From NCBI GenBank assembly GCA_016124905.1, contig WGMV01000026.1:5681-69680 (forward strand): 64,000 nt of DNA. The letters are read 5' to 3'. Shown piece by piece: positions 45,409 through 55,124 of this stretch. The DNA comes from a bacterium (GTDB lineage Bacteria; Pseudomonadota; Alphaproteobacteria; Rickettsiales; RI-342). A program made the position numbers and the translations under genes. The notes beneath the pieces are model-generated. The model did no database searches, was not told the origin of the DNA, and worked only from the letters and a program-made list of their open reading frames with translations. Position 1 is the stretch's first letter; each line of letters begins with the position of its first letter.

Positions 45409-46053
45409 GTGGATTATTTTTCGCCTCGCAGCATTGGCATCAATCTATATCAAGGCGGGCTTCGCCTTGAATTATATGGCTATTCCGAGCATCCGTCGGC
45501 ACAGGATGGAGAAAAAGCCCATGGGGCTTCCTTTATTGATTATGAGAACAGCCAACAGTTTGCAGAAGCTTTGCGCGCGCTGTTGAGCGGCGCAAAAAGC
45601 GAGCAACTGCCGCAGAATAAGGAAAAAATCTGGTTTACCACGCCCGCTATCAAGCCGGAAATGGTGTCCATTAATTTTACCAGCACGGATGGGTTTGACG
45701 ATTATCGTTTTTGTCGTGACCTGGAGCAGCATGCCGAAACGCATTGGGGGCTGGTGCGCGGCTATGCGTCTTATGATCAGTTTCAAGCCATGAATGGCCT
45801 TGGCCATGGTGATGAGCCCGGAACTTTTCGCAGCACGGTTACCGCTTATAATCTGGAAAGCTGGGATAATGTTCAGGATATGCTGGCGTTTTTTCAGCAA
45901 CATTGGCTTGCCAACCAGAAAAAACAGGAAGCAGACGGCGCCCTTGCCGAGGCTTCCGTTGAAGAAGTGGAGCAGGCCGCGCGCCATCACAGCATTACGG
46001 AAGCCGTGACGCAATTTCTTGAGCTTCTGCAGCCGAAAGCGATGGTTGCGTGA
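45409..46053 (+). CDS. hypothetical protein (214 aa), lower-GC gene
   Basis: GTG start with GGGAG 8 nt upstream. The amino-acid sequence looks protein-like, unlike the antisense 305-aa ORF. No family recognised. Confidence 0.6.
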   Translation: MDYFSPRSIGINLYQGGLRLELYGYSEHPSAQDGEKAHGASFIDYENSQQFAEALRALLSGAKSEQLPQNKEKIWFTTPAIKPEMVSINFTSTDGFDDYRFCRDLEQHAETHWGLVRGYASYDQFQAMNGLGHGDEPGTFRSTVTAYNLESWDNVQDMLAFFQQHWLANQKKQEADGALAEASVEEVEQAARHHSITEAVTQFLELLQPKAMVA

Positions 46054-46146
46054 CAGTGTAAATTGCTGCATTGCAGCGTCGTTTCTGGCTTCTAGCAAGA
46101 TGCATGTGGGTGTATCATGGAAAAAATATTCCATGGAGGCTTCACA

Positions 46147-47709
46147 ATGGGCGCGAATGCAAAGCAGACCACCGGCAGCAACCCTACCGCTCTCATCGAT
46201 GCCGAGCTGGCGAAGATCAACAGCCCTATCAAGCTGAAAGCACAATACGACAATTTCATCGGCGGTGACTGGGTGAAGCCTGCTGGCGGGCAGTATTTCG
46301 ACAATCTGTCGCCCATTACCGGCCATCATTACACCAAAGCGGCACGTTCGGACGCCAAGGATATTGAGCGCGCGCTGGATGCAGCGCATAAGGCGAAAGA
46401 CGCCTGGGGCAAAACGTCGCCCGCCGAGCGCAGCCGTATATTAAACGCCATCGCCGACCGCATGGAACAGCATATCGACACGCTGGCGCTTGTAGAAACC
46501 TGGGACAATGGCAAGCCGCTGCGTGAAAGCCGCTTCGGCGATCTGCCGCTTTCCATCGACCATTTTCGTTATTTCGCATCCTGCGTCCGCACGCAGGAAG
46601 GCAGTATTTCCGAGATCGACCATGAGACGGTGGCCTATCATTACCATGAGCCGCTGGGCGTGGTGGGGCAGATCATTCCCTGGAACTTTCCGCTACTGAT
46701 GGCGGCGTGGAAGCTGGCGCCCGCGCTGGCCGCAGGTAACTGTATCGTCATCAAACCCGCAGAGCAGACGCCGGTTTCCATCCTGGTGATGATGGAACTG
46801 ATCGCCGACATTCTGCCTGCGGGTGTGGTGAATGTAGTGAACGGCTTCGGCGTAGAGGCGGGCAAACCACTGGCGCAAAGCCCGCGGATTGCCAAGGTGG
46901 CCTTTACGGGCGAGACCTCCACCGGCAAGCTAATCATGCAATATGCGTCGGAGAACATCATTCCGGTGACGCTGGAACTGGGCGGCAAATCGCCCAACAT
47001 CTTCTTCGGCGATATTGCCGATGACGAGGTGCTGTTCGACAAGGCGATGGAAGGGTTCGCGATGTTCGCGCTTTCCCAGGGCCAGGCATGCACCTGCCCG
47101 TCCCGCGCGTTTGTGGATGCGAAAATCTATGACAAGTTCATGGAAAAGGCGGTGAAGCGCGTCAAAGCCATCGTGCAGGGCAACCCGCTGGAACTGACGA
47201 CGCAAATGGGCGCGCAGGCCTCGCAAGAGCAGCTGGACAAAATCGTCAGCTATTTCGATATCGGCCGCAAGGAAGGCGCGAACGTGCTGCTGGGCGGCAC
47301 GCGCATCCAGCTGGGCGGCGATCTGGCGGACGGCTATTATGTGAGCCCGACCATCTTCGAGGGCAATAACAAGATGCGCGTCTTCCAAGAGGAGATCTTT
47401 GGCCCGGTTGTGTCGGTGACGCCGTTCAAGAGCGCCGATGAGGTGCTTGCTATGGCTAATGATTCCATCTACGGCCTGGCCAGCGCGGTGTGGACGCGTA
47501 ACGTGCATACGGCGCACCATGTGGCGCGGAGCCTGCAGGCGGGGCGCGTGTGGGTGAATGCCTACCACCTGTACCCGGCGCACGCGGCGTTTGGGGGCTA
47601 TAAACAGTCCGGAATCGGGCGTGAAACGCATAAAATGATGCTGGAACATTACCAGCAGACGAAAAATGTTATCATGAGCTTTAAACGTGAGGCTCTGGGC
47701 TATTTTTAA
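46147..47709 (+). CDS. NAD(P)-dependent aldehyde dehydrogenase
   Basis: [10 protein letters not shown] (catalytic Glu), GQACTCPSR (catalytic Cys), EEIFGPV. GGAGG 6 nt upstream of the ATG at 46147. Confidence 0.9.
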   Translation: MGANAKQTTGSNPTALIDAELAKINSPIKLKAQYDNFIGGDWVKPAGGQYFDNLSPITGHHYTKAARSDAKDIERALDAAHKAKDAWGKTSPAERSRILNAIADRMEQHIDTLALVETWDNGKPLRESRFGDLPLSIDHFRYFASCVRTQEGSISEIDHETVAYHYHEPLGVVGQIIPWNFPLLMAAWKLAPALAAGNCIVIKPAEQTPVSILVMMELIADILPAGVVNVVNGFGVEAGKPLAQSPRIAKVAFTGETSTGKLIMQYASENIIPVTLELGGKSPNIFFGDIADDEVLFDKAMEGFAMFALSQGQACTCPSRAFVDAKIYDKFMEKAVKRVKAIVQGNPLELTTQMGAQASQEQLDKIVSYFDIGRKEGANVLLGGTRIQLGGDLADGYYVSPTIFEGNNKMRVFQEEIFGPVVSVTPFKSADEVLAMANDSIYGLASAVWTRNVHTAHHVARSLQAGRVWVNAYHLYPAHAAFGGYKQSGIGRETHKMMLEHYQQTKNVIMSFKREALGYF

Positions 47710-47833
47710 GCCAATTCGCATACCATTTTTATGGGCTCGTGCCGTATATTCGGCACGAATGAAGGGTGTACTTGACCATTCGTTAAGTTTTGCAATTTAA
47801 ACTATAAATAGAACGCTTCTAAATTGTAGATTG

Positions 47834-48202
47834 ATGGAAGAAGCCTTACAAACATTGTTGCAGCATCCTGTTTTCAAGGAAAACCCTGCGTTGAATATCG
47901 CTGTGGCCCAGTTGGTTTCCGTGCTGGTCTATCTGTTGATTTATTTTGGCGGGCGGTTGCTGTACCTTATCCTCAGCCATACGGTGGAAAAGCGCCTGCT
48001 GAAACATGTGCAGGATTTTCGAGAGGAATCCGGCAATATCATCATGATGACGTTGCTTTTATGCTGGACGCCATTTGGCTCGCTGTTCGCCGTGGCGGCA
48101 GGTTTTCTGCGCACGCCGATTCTGAACTCGTTTTTGCTGATTCTGCTTGGCCAGTTCTTTTTTGTCTTTTACCGGGTCTGGCAGGCGGGGATGTTCAATT
48201 AA
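47834..48202 (+). CDS. small membrane protein (about 122 aa, 3 TM), unknown function
   Basis: Hydrophobic helices. Lower GC than its neighbours. Its stop (48200-48202) directly abuts the aroC stop (48203-48205). Confidence 0.55.
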   Translation: MEEALQTLLQHPVFKENPALNIAVAQLVSVLVYLLIYFGGRLLYLILSHTVEKRLLKHVQDFREESGNIIMMTLLLCWTPFGSLFAVAAGFLRTPILNSFLLILLGQFFFVFYRVWQAGMFN

Positions 48203-49273
48203 TTATTTTTCGTAGGCGCGGTGGCGCAAAAGGTGATCGGCCAGGATGCAAGCCATCATGGCCTCGCCTACCGGCACGGCGCGAATGCCTACGCAGGGGT
48301 CGTGCCGCCCTTTGGTTTGCAGCGTGATATTCTTGCCTTTGGCGTTGATGCTTTCCACCGGCGTAAGGATGGAACTGGTGGGCTTAACCGCAAAACGCAC
48401 CACAATAGGCTGGCCGGTTGAAATGCCACCCAGAATGCCCCCGGCGTGGTTGCTTTTGAAGCTAACTCTGCCCTTGGCATCCATGCGCATCTCATCGGCA
48501 TTTTCTTCGCCACGCAAGGCGGCGGCGCAAAATCCATCGCCGATTTCCACGCCCTTGACGGCGTTAATGCTCATCATGGCGCTGGCCAGGTCGGCATCCA
48601 GTTTTCCATAGATAGGCGCGCCCAGCCCCGCCGGGACGCCTTCGGCCACCACCTCAATCACCGCACCCGTGGAAGAACCGCTTTTACGAATGGCATCCAG
48701 TTTTTCCGCCCAGCGTTCGGCAGCCTTCTTGTCCGGGCACCAGAAAGGATTGTTGGCGGTTTCCTTCCAGCTCCAGTTCTTACGGGTAATGGCATCATCG
48801 CCCATCTGCACCAGGGCGCCACGGATGGTGACGCCTTTCAGAATTTTGCGGGCAATGGCACCTGCGGCCACACGCATGGCGGTTTCCCGCGCGCTGGAGC
48901 GGCCGCCGCCACGATAATCACGGATGCCGTATTTGGTGTGGTAGGTGTAATCCGCATGGCCGGGGCGGAAAGAGTCTTTGATCTCGCCGTAATCCTTGCT
49001 GCGCTGGTCGGTATTCTCGATCAGCAGGCTGATAGGCGTGCCGGTGGTTTTGCCCTCGAAGGTGCCGGAAAGGATGCGGACCTTGTCCTCCTCCTTGCGC
49101 TGGGTGGTATAGCGGGACTGACCGGGCTTGCGCGCATCCAGATAGGGCTGAATGTCATCCTCGCTCAGCGCGATCAGCGACGGGCAGCCATCCACCACGC
49201 AGCCGATGGCGGGACCATGACTCTCGCCCCAGGTGGTGACGCGAAAGAGATGGCCGAATGTATTGTGAGACAT
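48203..49273 (-). CDS. aroC: chorismate synthase
   Basis: [31 protein letters not shown]...[11 protein letters not shown]... Confidence 0.95.
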   Translation of the reverse strand: MSHNTFGHLFRVTTWGESHGPAIGCVVDGCPSLIALSEDDIQPYLDARKPGQSRYTTQRKEEDKVRILSGTFEGKTTGTPISLLIENTDQRSKDYGEIKDSFRPGHADYTYHTKYGIRDYRGGGRSSARETAMRVAAGAIARKILKGVTIRGALVQMGDDAITRKNWSWKETANNPFWCPDKKAAERWAEKLDAIRKSGSSTGAVIEVVAEGVPAGLGAPIYGKLDADLASAMMSINAVKGVEIGDGFCAAALRGEENADEMRMDAKGRVSFKSNHAGGILGGISTGQPIVVRFAVKPTSSILTPVESINAKGKNITLQTKGRHDPCVGIRAVPVGEAMMACILADHLLRHRAYEK

Positions 49274-49274
49274 A

Positions 49275-50099
49275 TTACGCCGCTTGATCGGCCGGCTGGA
49301 TGCTCATGTCCGGCGCATCGGGGCGCTTCATGCCTACCACATGATAGCCGGAATCCACGTGCAGCACTTCGCCCGTGGTGCCGCTGCCGAGCTCGCTGAG
49401 CAGGAACAACCCGCTGCCCGCGACATCTTCCAGCGTGGTGTTGCGGCGGAGCGGAGAATTGTATTCGTTCCATTTCAGAATATAGCGGAAATCGCCAATG
49501 CCGGAAGCGGCCAGCGTTTTGATGGGTCCGGCGGAAATGGCGTTGACGCGGATATTCTCGCCGCCCAGGTCTACGGCCAGGTAGCGCACGCTGGCTTCCA
49601 GCGCGGCCTTGGCCACGCCCATGACGTTGTAATGCGGCATGACGCGCTCGGCGCCATAATAGGTGAGCGTTACCATGCTGCCACCATCGGTCATCAGCTT
49701 GCGGGCACGCTGCGCCAGGGCGGTGAAGGAATAGCAGGAGACATTCATGGTGAGCAGGAAGTTGTCCAGCGAGGTATCGACATACTGGCCCTTGAGCTCG
49801 TTTTTGTCGGAATAGGCCACCGCGTGAACGAGAAAATCCAGCTTGCCCCATTGTTTTTCAATGGCGGCAAACACGGCATCCATTGACGCCGTATCCGTCA
49901 CATCGCATGGCAGGACAAATTTACTGCCGATAGAATCTGCCAAGGGGCGGACCCGTTTTTCCAGGGCTTCTCCCTGAAAGGTAAAGGCCAGATCGGCCCC
50001 ATGCTCGGCGGCTGCTTTCGCAATGCCCCAGGCGATGGATTTGTCATTGGCAACGCCAAGAATCAGGCCTTTTTTACCTGCAAGCAACTGTCCCGCCAC
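49275..50099 (-). CDS. fabI: enoyl-ACP reductase (NADH) FabI
   Basis: [25 protein letters not shown] and [25 protein letters not shown]. One nt upstream of aroC. Confidence 0.92.
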   Translation of the reverse strand: MAGQLLAGKKGLILGVANDKSIAWGIAKAAAEHGADLAFTFQGEALEKRVRPLADSIGSKFVLPCDVTDTASMDAVFAAIEKQWGKLDFLVHAVAYSDKNELKGQYVDTSLDNFLLTMNVSCYSFTALAQRARKLMTDGGSMVTLTYYGAERVMPHYNVMGVAKAALEASVRYLAVDLGGENIRVNAISAGPIKTLAASGIGDFRYILKWNEYNSPLRRNTTLEDVAGSGLFLLSELGSGTTGEVLHVDSGYHVVGMKRPDAPDMSIQPADQAA

Positions 50100-50117
50100 G
50101 CGATGATCTTTCTTATA

Positions 50118-50600
50118 TTAGTTGACGACTTGCCAGCTGCCATCCGGCTGACGGCATGCGGTGCCGTAACCTTCCTGCGACTTGCCACCGACCTTGATGG
50201 TCTGGCGGTATTCACGGCAATATTCGCCGTTGCTGCGCTGGCTGACATTGAGCGGAGTGATGGAGCCGGAGTGGCCGGTATCCGGGTTGGACCAGGTTGC
50301 GGCCGTGCCGGAGCGGTTGCTTTCAAAGGCCGTCTGGGCAGCACGCTCATGGTACATGGTGTCTACGCGGTCCAGCGATGCGCCGATGGAGTTACCCAGG
50401 GCTGCACCAAGCAGCGCGCCCACGGCAGTGGTTGCCAGACGGCCGTTACCTTTGCCAAACTGGGCGCCGACCACGGCACCGCCCACGCCACCGAGCACCG
50501 TGCCGGCGTCGGATTTGGTGAAGCGGCCATCGTAACCGCCGTTTTGTGAACAGCCCGCCAGAAGCAGAACCGACAAGGAAATTGCTGCGAGTTTTTTCAT
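50118..50600 (-). CDS. outer-membrane lipoprotein, 17-kDa surface antigen / glycine-zipper family
   Basis: MKKLAAISLSVLLLAGC lipobox, glycine zipper GGVGGAVVGAQFG...GALLGAALG, and C-terminal YCREY...GTACRQPDGSW motif. Confidence 0.8.
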   Translation of the reverse strand: MKKLAAISLSVLLLAGCSQNGGYDGRFTKSDAGTVLGGVGGAVVGAQFGKGNGRLATTAVGALLGAALGNSIGASLDRVDTMYHERAAQTAFESNRSGTAATWSNPDTGHSGSITPLNVSQRSNGEYCREYRQTIKVGGKSQEGYGTACRQPDGSWQVVN

Positions 50601-50747
50601 TGGGTATGCCCTTATAAAAAATGTTGCCGCACCATACGCCAACCCTCACCTCTCTGCAAGGGGGCACGCTGTGCGCTTTATCTTTCGTGGTAACGGCGCT
50701 ATGATTACGCGTAAAGTAAATTGTTCGTAAGCTACCCCACGGATATT

Positions 50748-51341
50748 ATGCTGTTTTTCATTATCATTGCCTTCTCCTACCTGCTGGGGAGCATTCCCTT
50801 CGGGCTACTGGTCACCAAATTCGGCGGCGAAGGCGATATCCGCACTATCGGCTCAGGCAATATCGGCGCAACCAACGTGCTGCGCACGGGGCGCAAGGGG
50901 CTTGCCATCGCCACGCTGCTGCTGGACACGGTCAAGGGCATGGCAGCCGTCTGGATTGCCCAGACCTATGCGCCGGAGGTGGCCATGTGGGCTGGACTGG
51001 CCGCACTGATCGGCCATGTGTTTCCGGTGTGGCTGAAATTCAAGGGCGGCAAGGGCGTGGCAACAAGCCTCGGCATTTTACTCGCGTTGGAGCCTCTGCT
51101 CGGTCTTTTCTGCGCGCTGACATGGCTGGCAACCTTTTTTGCCTTTCGCATCTCCTCTCTCTCCGCGCTGGTGGCAGCGGCCTTTGCCCCGCTTTTTGCC
51201 TTTATTCTGCTTGGTGATGAGCCGGTGTGGCTGATGACGCTGTTTATGAGCCTGCTGCTGATCATTCGCCATAAGGCCAATATCGTACGGCTGCTGCATG
51301 GCGAGGAAGGCAAATCCAAGCTCAAGAACGGTCACGCGTAA
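50748..51341 (+). CDS. plsY: glycerol-3-phosphate acyltransferase PlsY
   Basis: YLLGSIPFGLLVTK...GSGNIGATNVLRTGRK...FKGGKGVAT. Confidence 0.92.
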   Translation: MLFFIIIAFSYLLGSIPFGLLVTKFGGEGDIRTIGSGNIGATNVLRTGRKGLAIATLLLDTVKGMAAVWIAQTYAPEVAMWAGLAALIGHVFPVWLKFKGGKGVATSLGILLALEPLLGLFCALTWLATFFAFRISSLSALVAAAFAPLFAFILLGDEPVWLMTLFMSLLLIIRHKANIVRLLHGEEGKSKLKNGHA

Positions 51342-51343
51342 CG

Positions 51344-52429
51344 GTGCGTTACCCTTCCCTGACCCAGGTAGACAGGCTTTCTCTATTACGCATTCTGCGC
51401 AGCAGCGGCATTGGGGCGGTGCAGTTTTTCAAATACTGGCAGAAAACAGGCGGCGATGCCGGGGCCATTCTGCAGATGCTTGGCGGCAAGGCTGCAAGCG
51501 ATACGGCTTGCCGTAAAGAAATGGAACAGGCGCAGAAGCTTGGTGCAAAGCTGATTGCCTATGGCGAAGCGGATTATCCGGAAGGATTGACGGAAATCTA
51601 TGACGCCCCTCCCCTTATGATGGCGCTTGGCAATGCGGCCTTGTTGCGGGCCAGGCCGATGGTGGCGATTGTGGGGGCGCGGAACGCATCGGTGGCGGGC
51701 AAAGCATTCGCCCGGCAGATTGCCGAAGGGCTGGCAGCGAGTGGCGTGACGGTGGTCTCCGGCTTCGCACGTGGGGTGGACGGCGCGGCGCATGCGGGGG
51801 CGATGAACGGCAGGACGGTCGGCGTGTTCGGCGTGGGGATCGATTGCACCTACCCCGACCAGCACAAGGAACTGCGGCAGGAAATGCTGGCCAAGGGCAA
51901 TTGCTTTGTCAGTGAGCTGCCGTTTGGCACCGGGCCGCTGGCGAAGAACTTCCCAGCGCGCAACCGCATCATCGCCGCCATGAGCGACGCGGTGGTGGTG
52001 ATTGAGGCCTCGCTTCAGTCCGGCTCGTTGATTACCGCCAATATGGCGCTGGAAATGGGCAAGGAGATTTTCGCCGTACCCGGCTTCCCTACCGACTCGC
52101 GGCATCATGGCGCCAATCACCTTATTAAACATGGGGCGAACCTGCTGGAATCGCACCAAGAGATACTCGATTTTCTGGCTAACCGGCGCGTTTCTGTACC
52201 TATGGTACAGGCTGCGGCCATGTCTCCCCCAGCGGCCAATGACGGGGCGGCGGATACCGTAAGGGGTGCAATCCTAGGCGCGCTGTCGTCTACCCCGGTT
52301 TCCATTGACGAACTGGCCAAAGCGTGCCAACTATCCATCCCCGCCACGGTGGCGGAATTGATAAAATTAGAGCTGGACGGACAGATCGAACGACTGCCAG
52401 GCCAGCGCGTGATGCGGGCAGGACGATAA
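51344..52429 (+). CDS. dprA: DNA-processing protein DprA
   Basis: VAIVGARNAS..., VVSGFARGVDGAAH and SGSLITA (Rossmann-like DprA core). GTG start 2 nt after the plsY stop. Confidence 0.9.
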   Translation: MRYPSLTQVDRLSLLRILRSSGIGAVQFFKYWQKTGGDAGAILQMLGGKAASDTACRKEMEQAQKLGAKLIAYGEADYPEGLTEIYDAPPLMMALGNAALLRARPMVAIVGARNASVAGKAFARQIAEGLAASGVTVVSGFARGVDGAAHAGAMNGRTVGVFGVGIDCTYPDQHKELRQEMLAKGNCFVSELPFGTGPLAKNFPARNRIIAAMSDAVVVIEASLQSGSLITANMALEMGKEIFAVPGFPTDSRHHGANHLIKHGANLLESHQEILDFLANRRVSVPMVQAAAMSPPAANDGAADTVRGAILGALSSTPVSIDELAKACQLSIPATVAELIKLELDGQIERLPGQRVMRAGR

Positions 52430-52433
52430 AAAG

Positions 52434-55124
52434 ATGCAGCTAGTCATTGTGGAATCACCCGCGAAGTCCAAAACCATCAACAAATATCTCGGCAGTGATT
52501 ACAAGGTTCTGGCGTCTTTCGGCCATGTGCGCGATTTGCCCGCCAAGGACGGCTCGGTGAAGCCGGACGATGATTTCGACATGATCTACGAAATCAGCGA
52601 CGATAAAAGCAAGCAGATCAACGACATTGCCAAATATGCCAAAGAGGCCAGCAACATCATCCTGGCGACTGACCCCGACCGCGAGGGTGAGGCCATTTCC
52701 TGGCATGTGCTGGAAGTATTGAAGCAGAAGAAGGCGCTGAAAGCGGGCACCACGGTGCAGCGTGTGGTGTTCAACGAGATCACCCCGCGCGCGGTGAAAG
52801 AGGGCCTCGCCCATCCGCGCGAGCTGGATATGAACCTCATCAACGCCCAGCAGGCAAGGCGGGCGCTGGATTATCTGGTGGGGTTCAACCTCTCCCCCGT
52901 CCTCTGGCGCAAGCTGCCGGGTTCGCGCTCGGCCGGGCGCGTGCAGTCGGTCGCGCTGCGTTTGATCTGCGAGCGTGAAGGCGAGATTGAACGGTTTGAG
53001 AAAGAAGAATATTGGGATATCGCGGCGGAATTCATCACCCCCAAGGGTGCGAACATGAATGCCCGCCTGGTGCATTATGCCGGTGATAAATGCGAGAAAT
53101 TCAGCTTCACCAACGAGGCATCCGCCAAAGGCGCCGTGGCCGCTCTGCAGGGCGCGAGCTACCAGGTGGCGGCGATCACACCCAAACAGGTGAAACGCCA
53201 GCCTTATGCACCGTTTACCACCTCTACCTTGCAGCAGGAGGCATCCCGCAAGCTTGGCTTTACCGCCAAGCGTACGATGCAGATCGCTCAGAAGCTTTAC
53301 GAGGGCGTGCCGATCAACGGCGAGACGGTCGGCCTTATCACCTATATGCGTACCGATGGCGTCTATGTGGCCAATGAAGCCATTCAGCAGGCACGCCAGC
53401 TGATTGCCAAAGAGCATGGCGACGAATACCTGCCAAGCTCCCCGCGCATGTATCAAAGCAAGGCAAAGAACGCACAGGAAGCGCACGAGGCCATTCGCCC
53501 GACGGATATGTTCCGCACACCCGCGGCCATCGGCAGCCAGCTTGATGACGATATGCGCAAGCTCTACAACCTCATCTGGGTGCGAATGATCGCCAGCCAG
53601 ATGGCCGCCGCCGTGCTTGACCAGCTGAGTGTGGACATTGCCAGCACAGACAAGAAACATGTGTTCCGTGCCAGTGGATCCCGCGTGGCATTCCCGGGCT
53701 TTTACGCGCTTTACCGCGAAGGTAATGACGATGGGGTGGATGAGGATGGCGAGCAGATTCTGCCGCCGACCAACCTCAATGACCCGATGAAGGCCAAGGA
53801 GATCACCACCGATCAGCATTTCACCGAACCGCCGCCGCGCTACAGCGAAGCCAGCCTGGTGAAGCGGATGGAAGAGCTCGGCATCGGGCGGCCGTCCACT
53901 TATGCCAGCATCATCTCCGTGCTGCAGGACCGGGAATATGTGAAGCTCGACAAGAAGCGCTTCATCCCCGAGGCGCGCGGTCGCATCGTGACCTCATTCC
54001 TTGAGTCGTTCTTCCATCGTTACGTGGAATATGATTTCACGGCGAAGCTGGAAACGGCGCTGGACGATGTTTCCGCCGGTGAGCGCAACTGGAAGCAGCT
54101 GCTGCGCGAATTCTGGAATGATTTTTCCGTCAATACCGAGCAGGCCAAAGCCCTGCCAGGGCCGGAGATCATTCAGCAGATCGAGAGCCTGCTCAGCGAT
54201 TATCTGTTCCCCGGAAGCAAGGAAGGCAAAGGCGACCCGCGCGTGTGCCCTGCCTGCCAGAAAGGCACGCTGGGACTGAAGGCCGGCAAGTTCGGCGCGT
54301 TCCTGGGCTGCAGCAATTATCCGGAATGCCGCTATACCAGCCAGCTTGACGGACAGGCCAGCAAGGCGGAGGACGGCGAAGGCGGCGGCGAGGCCTTCCC
54401 GAAGATTCTCGGCAAGCACCCGGAAAGCGGGCATCCCGTGTCGCTTCGCAAGGGGCCGTATGGTGTGTATGTGCAGATTGACGATGGCAGCGAGAAGCCT
54501 AAGCGCCAGGGATTGAACAAGGGCCAGAAGGCCGAGACAGTGACGCTGGAGGATGCGCTGGCCTTGCTGGCGTTGCCGCGAACCGTCGGCAACCACCCGG
54601 AAACAGGCAAGCCGATTCGCGCAGGGATTGGACGTTTTGGCCCTTATGTTGAAAGCGGCGGTGTGTTTGCTTCCCTGCCCGCGGGTGTTTCGCCCATTGA
54701 TATCGGCATGAACCATGCGGTGAGCCTGATTCAGGAAAAGGCCAACAAGGCCAAGGCGACGGCGGGCACGGTGCTGGGGCAGCATCCGGGCACGAAGAAA
54801 GATATCGTCCTGGTTTCCGGCCGTTACGGCCCGTATTTAAGGTATGGCACGAACAATGTGGCCATCCCGAAAGCCGAGCGTGAGAATGTGACGTTTGAGG
54901 CCGCCCTTGCGCTGGTGGATGCTGCCGGAGATGAGAAAAAAGGCGGCAAGAAGGGCGCGAAAAAGCCCGCCGCGAAAACCAAAAAGGAAACGACCAAGAA
55001 AGAAACGGCACCCAAAATGGAAAAGACCAAGGCTCCGGCGAAGGCGAAAGCGCCTGCCAAGGCCAAGACGACCAAGGCGAAATCGCCCGCCAAAAAGGCG
55101 GCGCCCGCGCGTAAAGCATCATGA
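52434..55124 (+). CDS. topA: DNA topoisomerase I with Lys/Ala-rich C-terminal tail
   Basis: Toprim MQLVIVESPAKSKTI, active-site YMRTDG region, Zn-ribbon CPAC...C..C. The last ~65 aa are KKGGKKGAKKPAAKTKK...APAKAKAPAKAKTTKAKSPAKKAAPARKAS. Confidence 0.95.
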   Translation: MQLVIVESPAKSKTINKYLGSDYKVLASFGHVRDLPAKDGSVKPDDDFDMIYEISDDKSKQINDIAKYAKEASNIILATDPDREGEAISWHVLEVLKQKKALKAGTTVQRVVFNEITPRAVKEGLAHPRELDMNLINAQQARRALDYLVGFNLSPVLWRKLPGSRSAGRVQSVALRLICEREGEIERFEKEEYWDIAAEFITPKGANMNARLVHYAGDKCEKFSFTNEASAKGAVAALQGASYQVAAITPKQVKRQPYAPFTTSTLQQEASRKLGFTAKRTMQIAQKLYEGVPINGETVGLITYMRTDGVYVANEAIQQARQLIAKEHGDEYLPSSPRMYQSKAKNAQEAHEAIRPTDMFRTPAAIGSQLDDDMRKLYNLIWVRMIASQMAAAVLDQLSVDIASTDKKHVFRASGSRVAFPGFYALYREGNDDGVDEDGEQILPPTNLNDPMKAKEITTDQHFTEPPPRYSEASLVKRMEELGIGRPSTYASIISVLQDREYVKLDKKRFIPEARGRIVTSFLESFFHRYVEYDFTAKLETALDDVSAGERNWKQLLREFWNDFSVNTEQAKALPGPEIIQQIESLLSDYLFPGSKEGKGDPRVCPACQKGTLGLKAGKFGAFLGCSNYPECRYTSQLDGQASKAEDGEGGGEAFPKILGKHPESGHPVSLRKGPYGVYVQIDDGSEKPKRQGLNKGQKAETVTLEDALALLALPRTVGNHPETGKPIRAGIGRFGPYVESGGVFASLPAGVSPIDIGMNHAVSLIQEKANKAKATAGTVLGQHPGTKKDIVLVSGRYGPYLRYGTNNVAIPKAERENVTFEAALALVDAAGDEKKGGKKGAKKPAAKTKKETTKKETAPKMEKTKAPAKAKAPAKAKTTKAKSPAKKAAPARKAS

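Noticed and set aside
45472-46389. 305-aa minus-strand ORF opposite the 214-aa gene and the aldehyde dehydrogenase start
   Set aside because: Its Arg/Leu/Cys/Phe-rich sequence looks non-protein-like, and it overlaps the well-supported aldehyde dehydrogenase N-terminus. The plus-strand product looks like a real protein and has an SD.
52455-53819. 454-aa minus-strand ORF
   Set aside because: Antisense shadow of topA.
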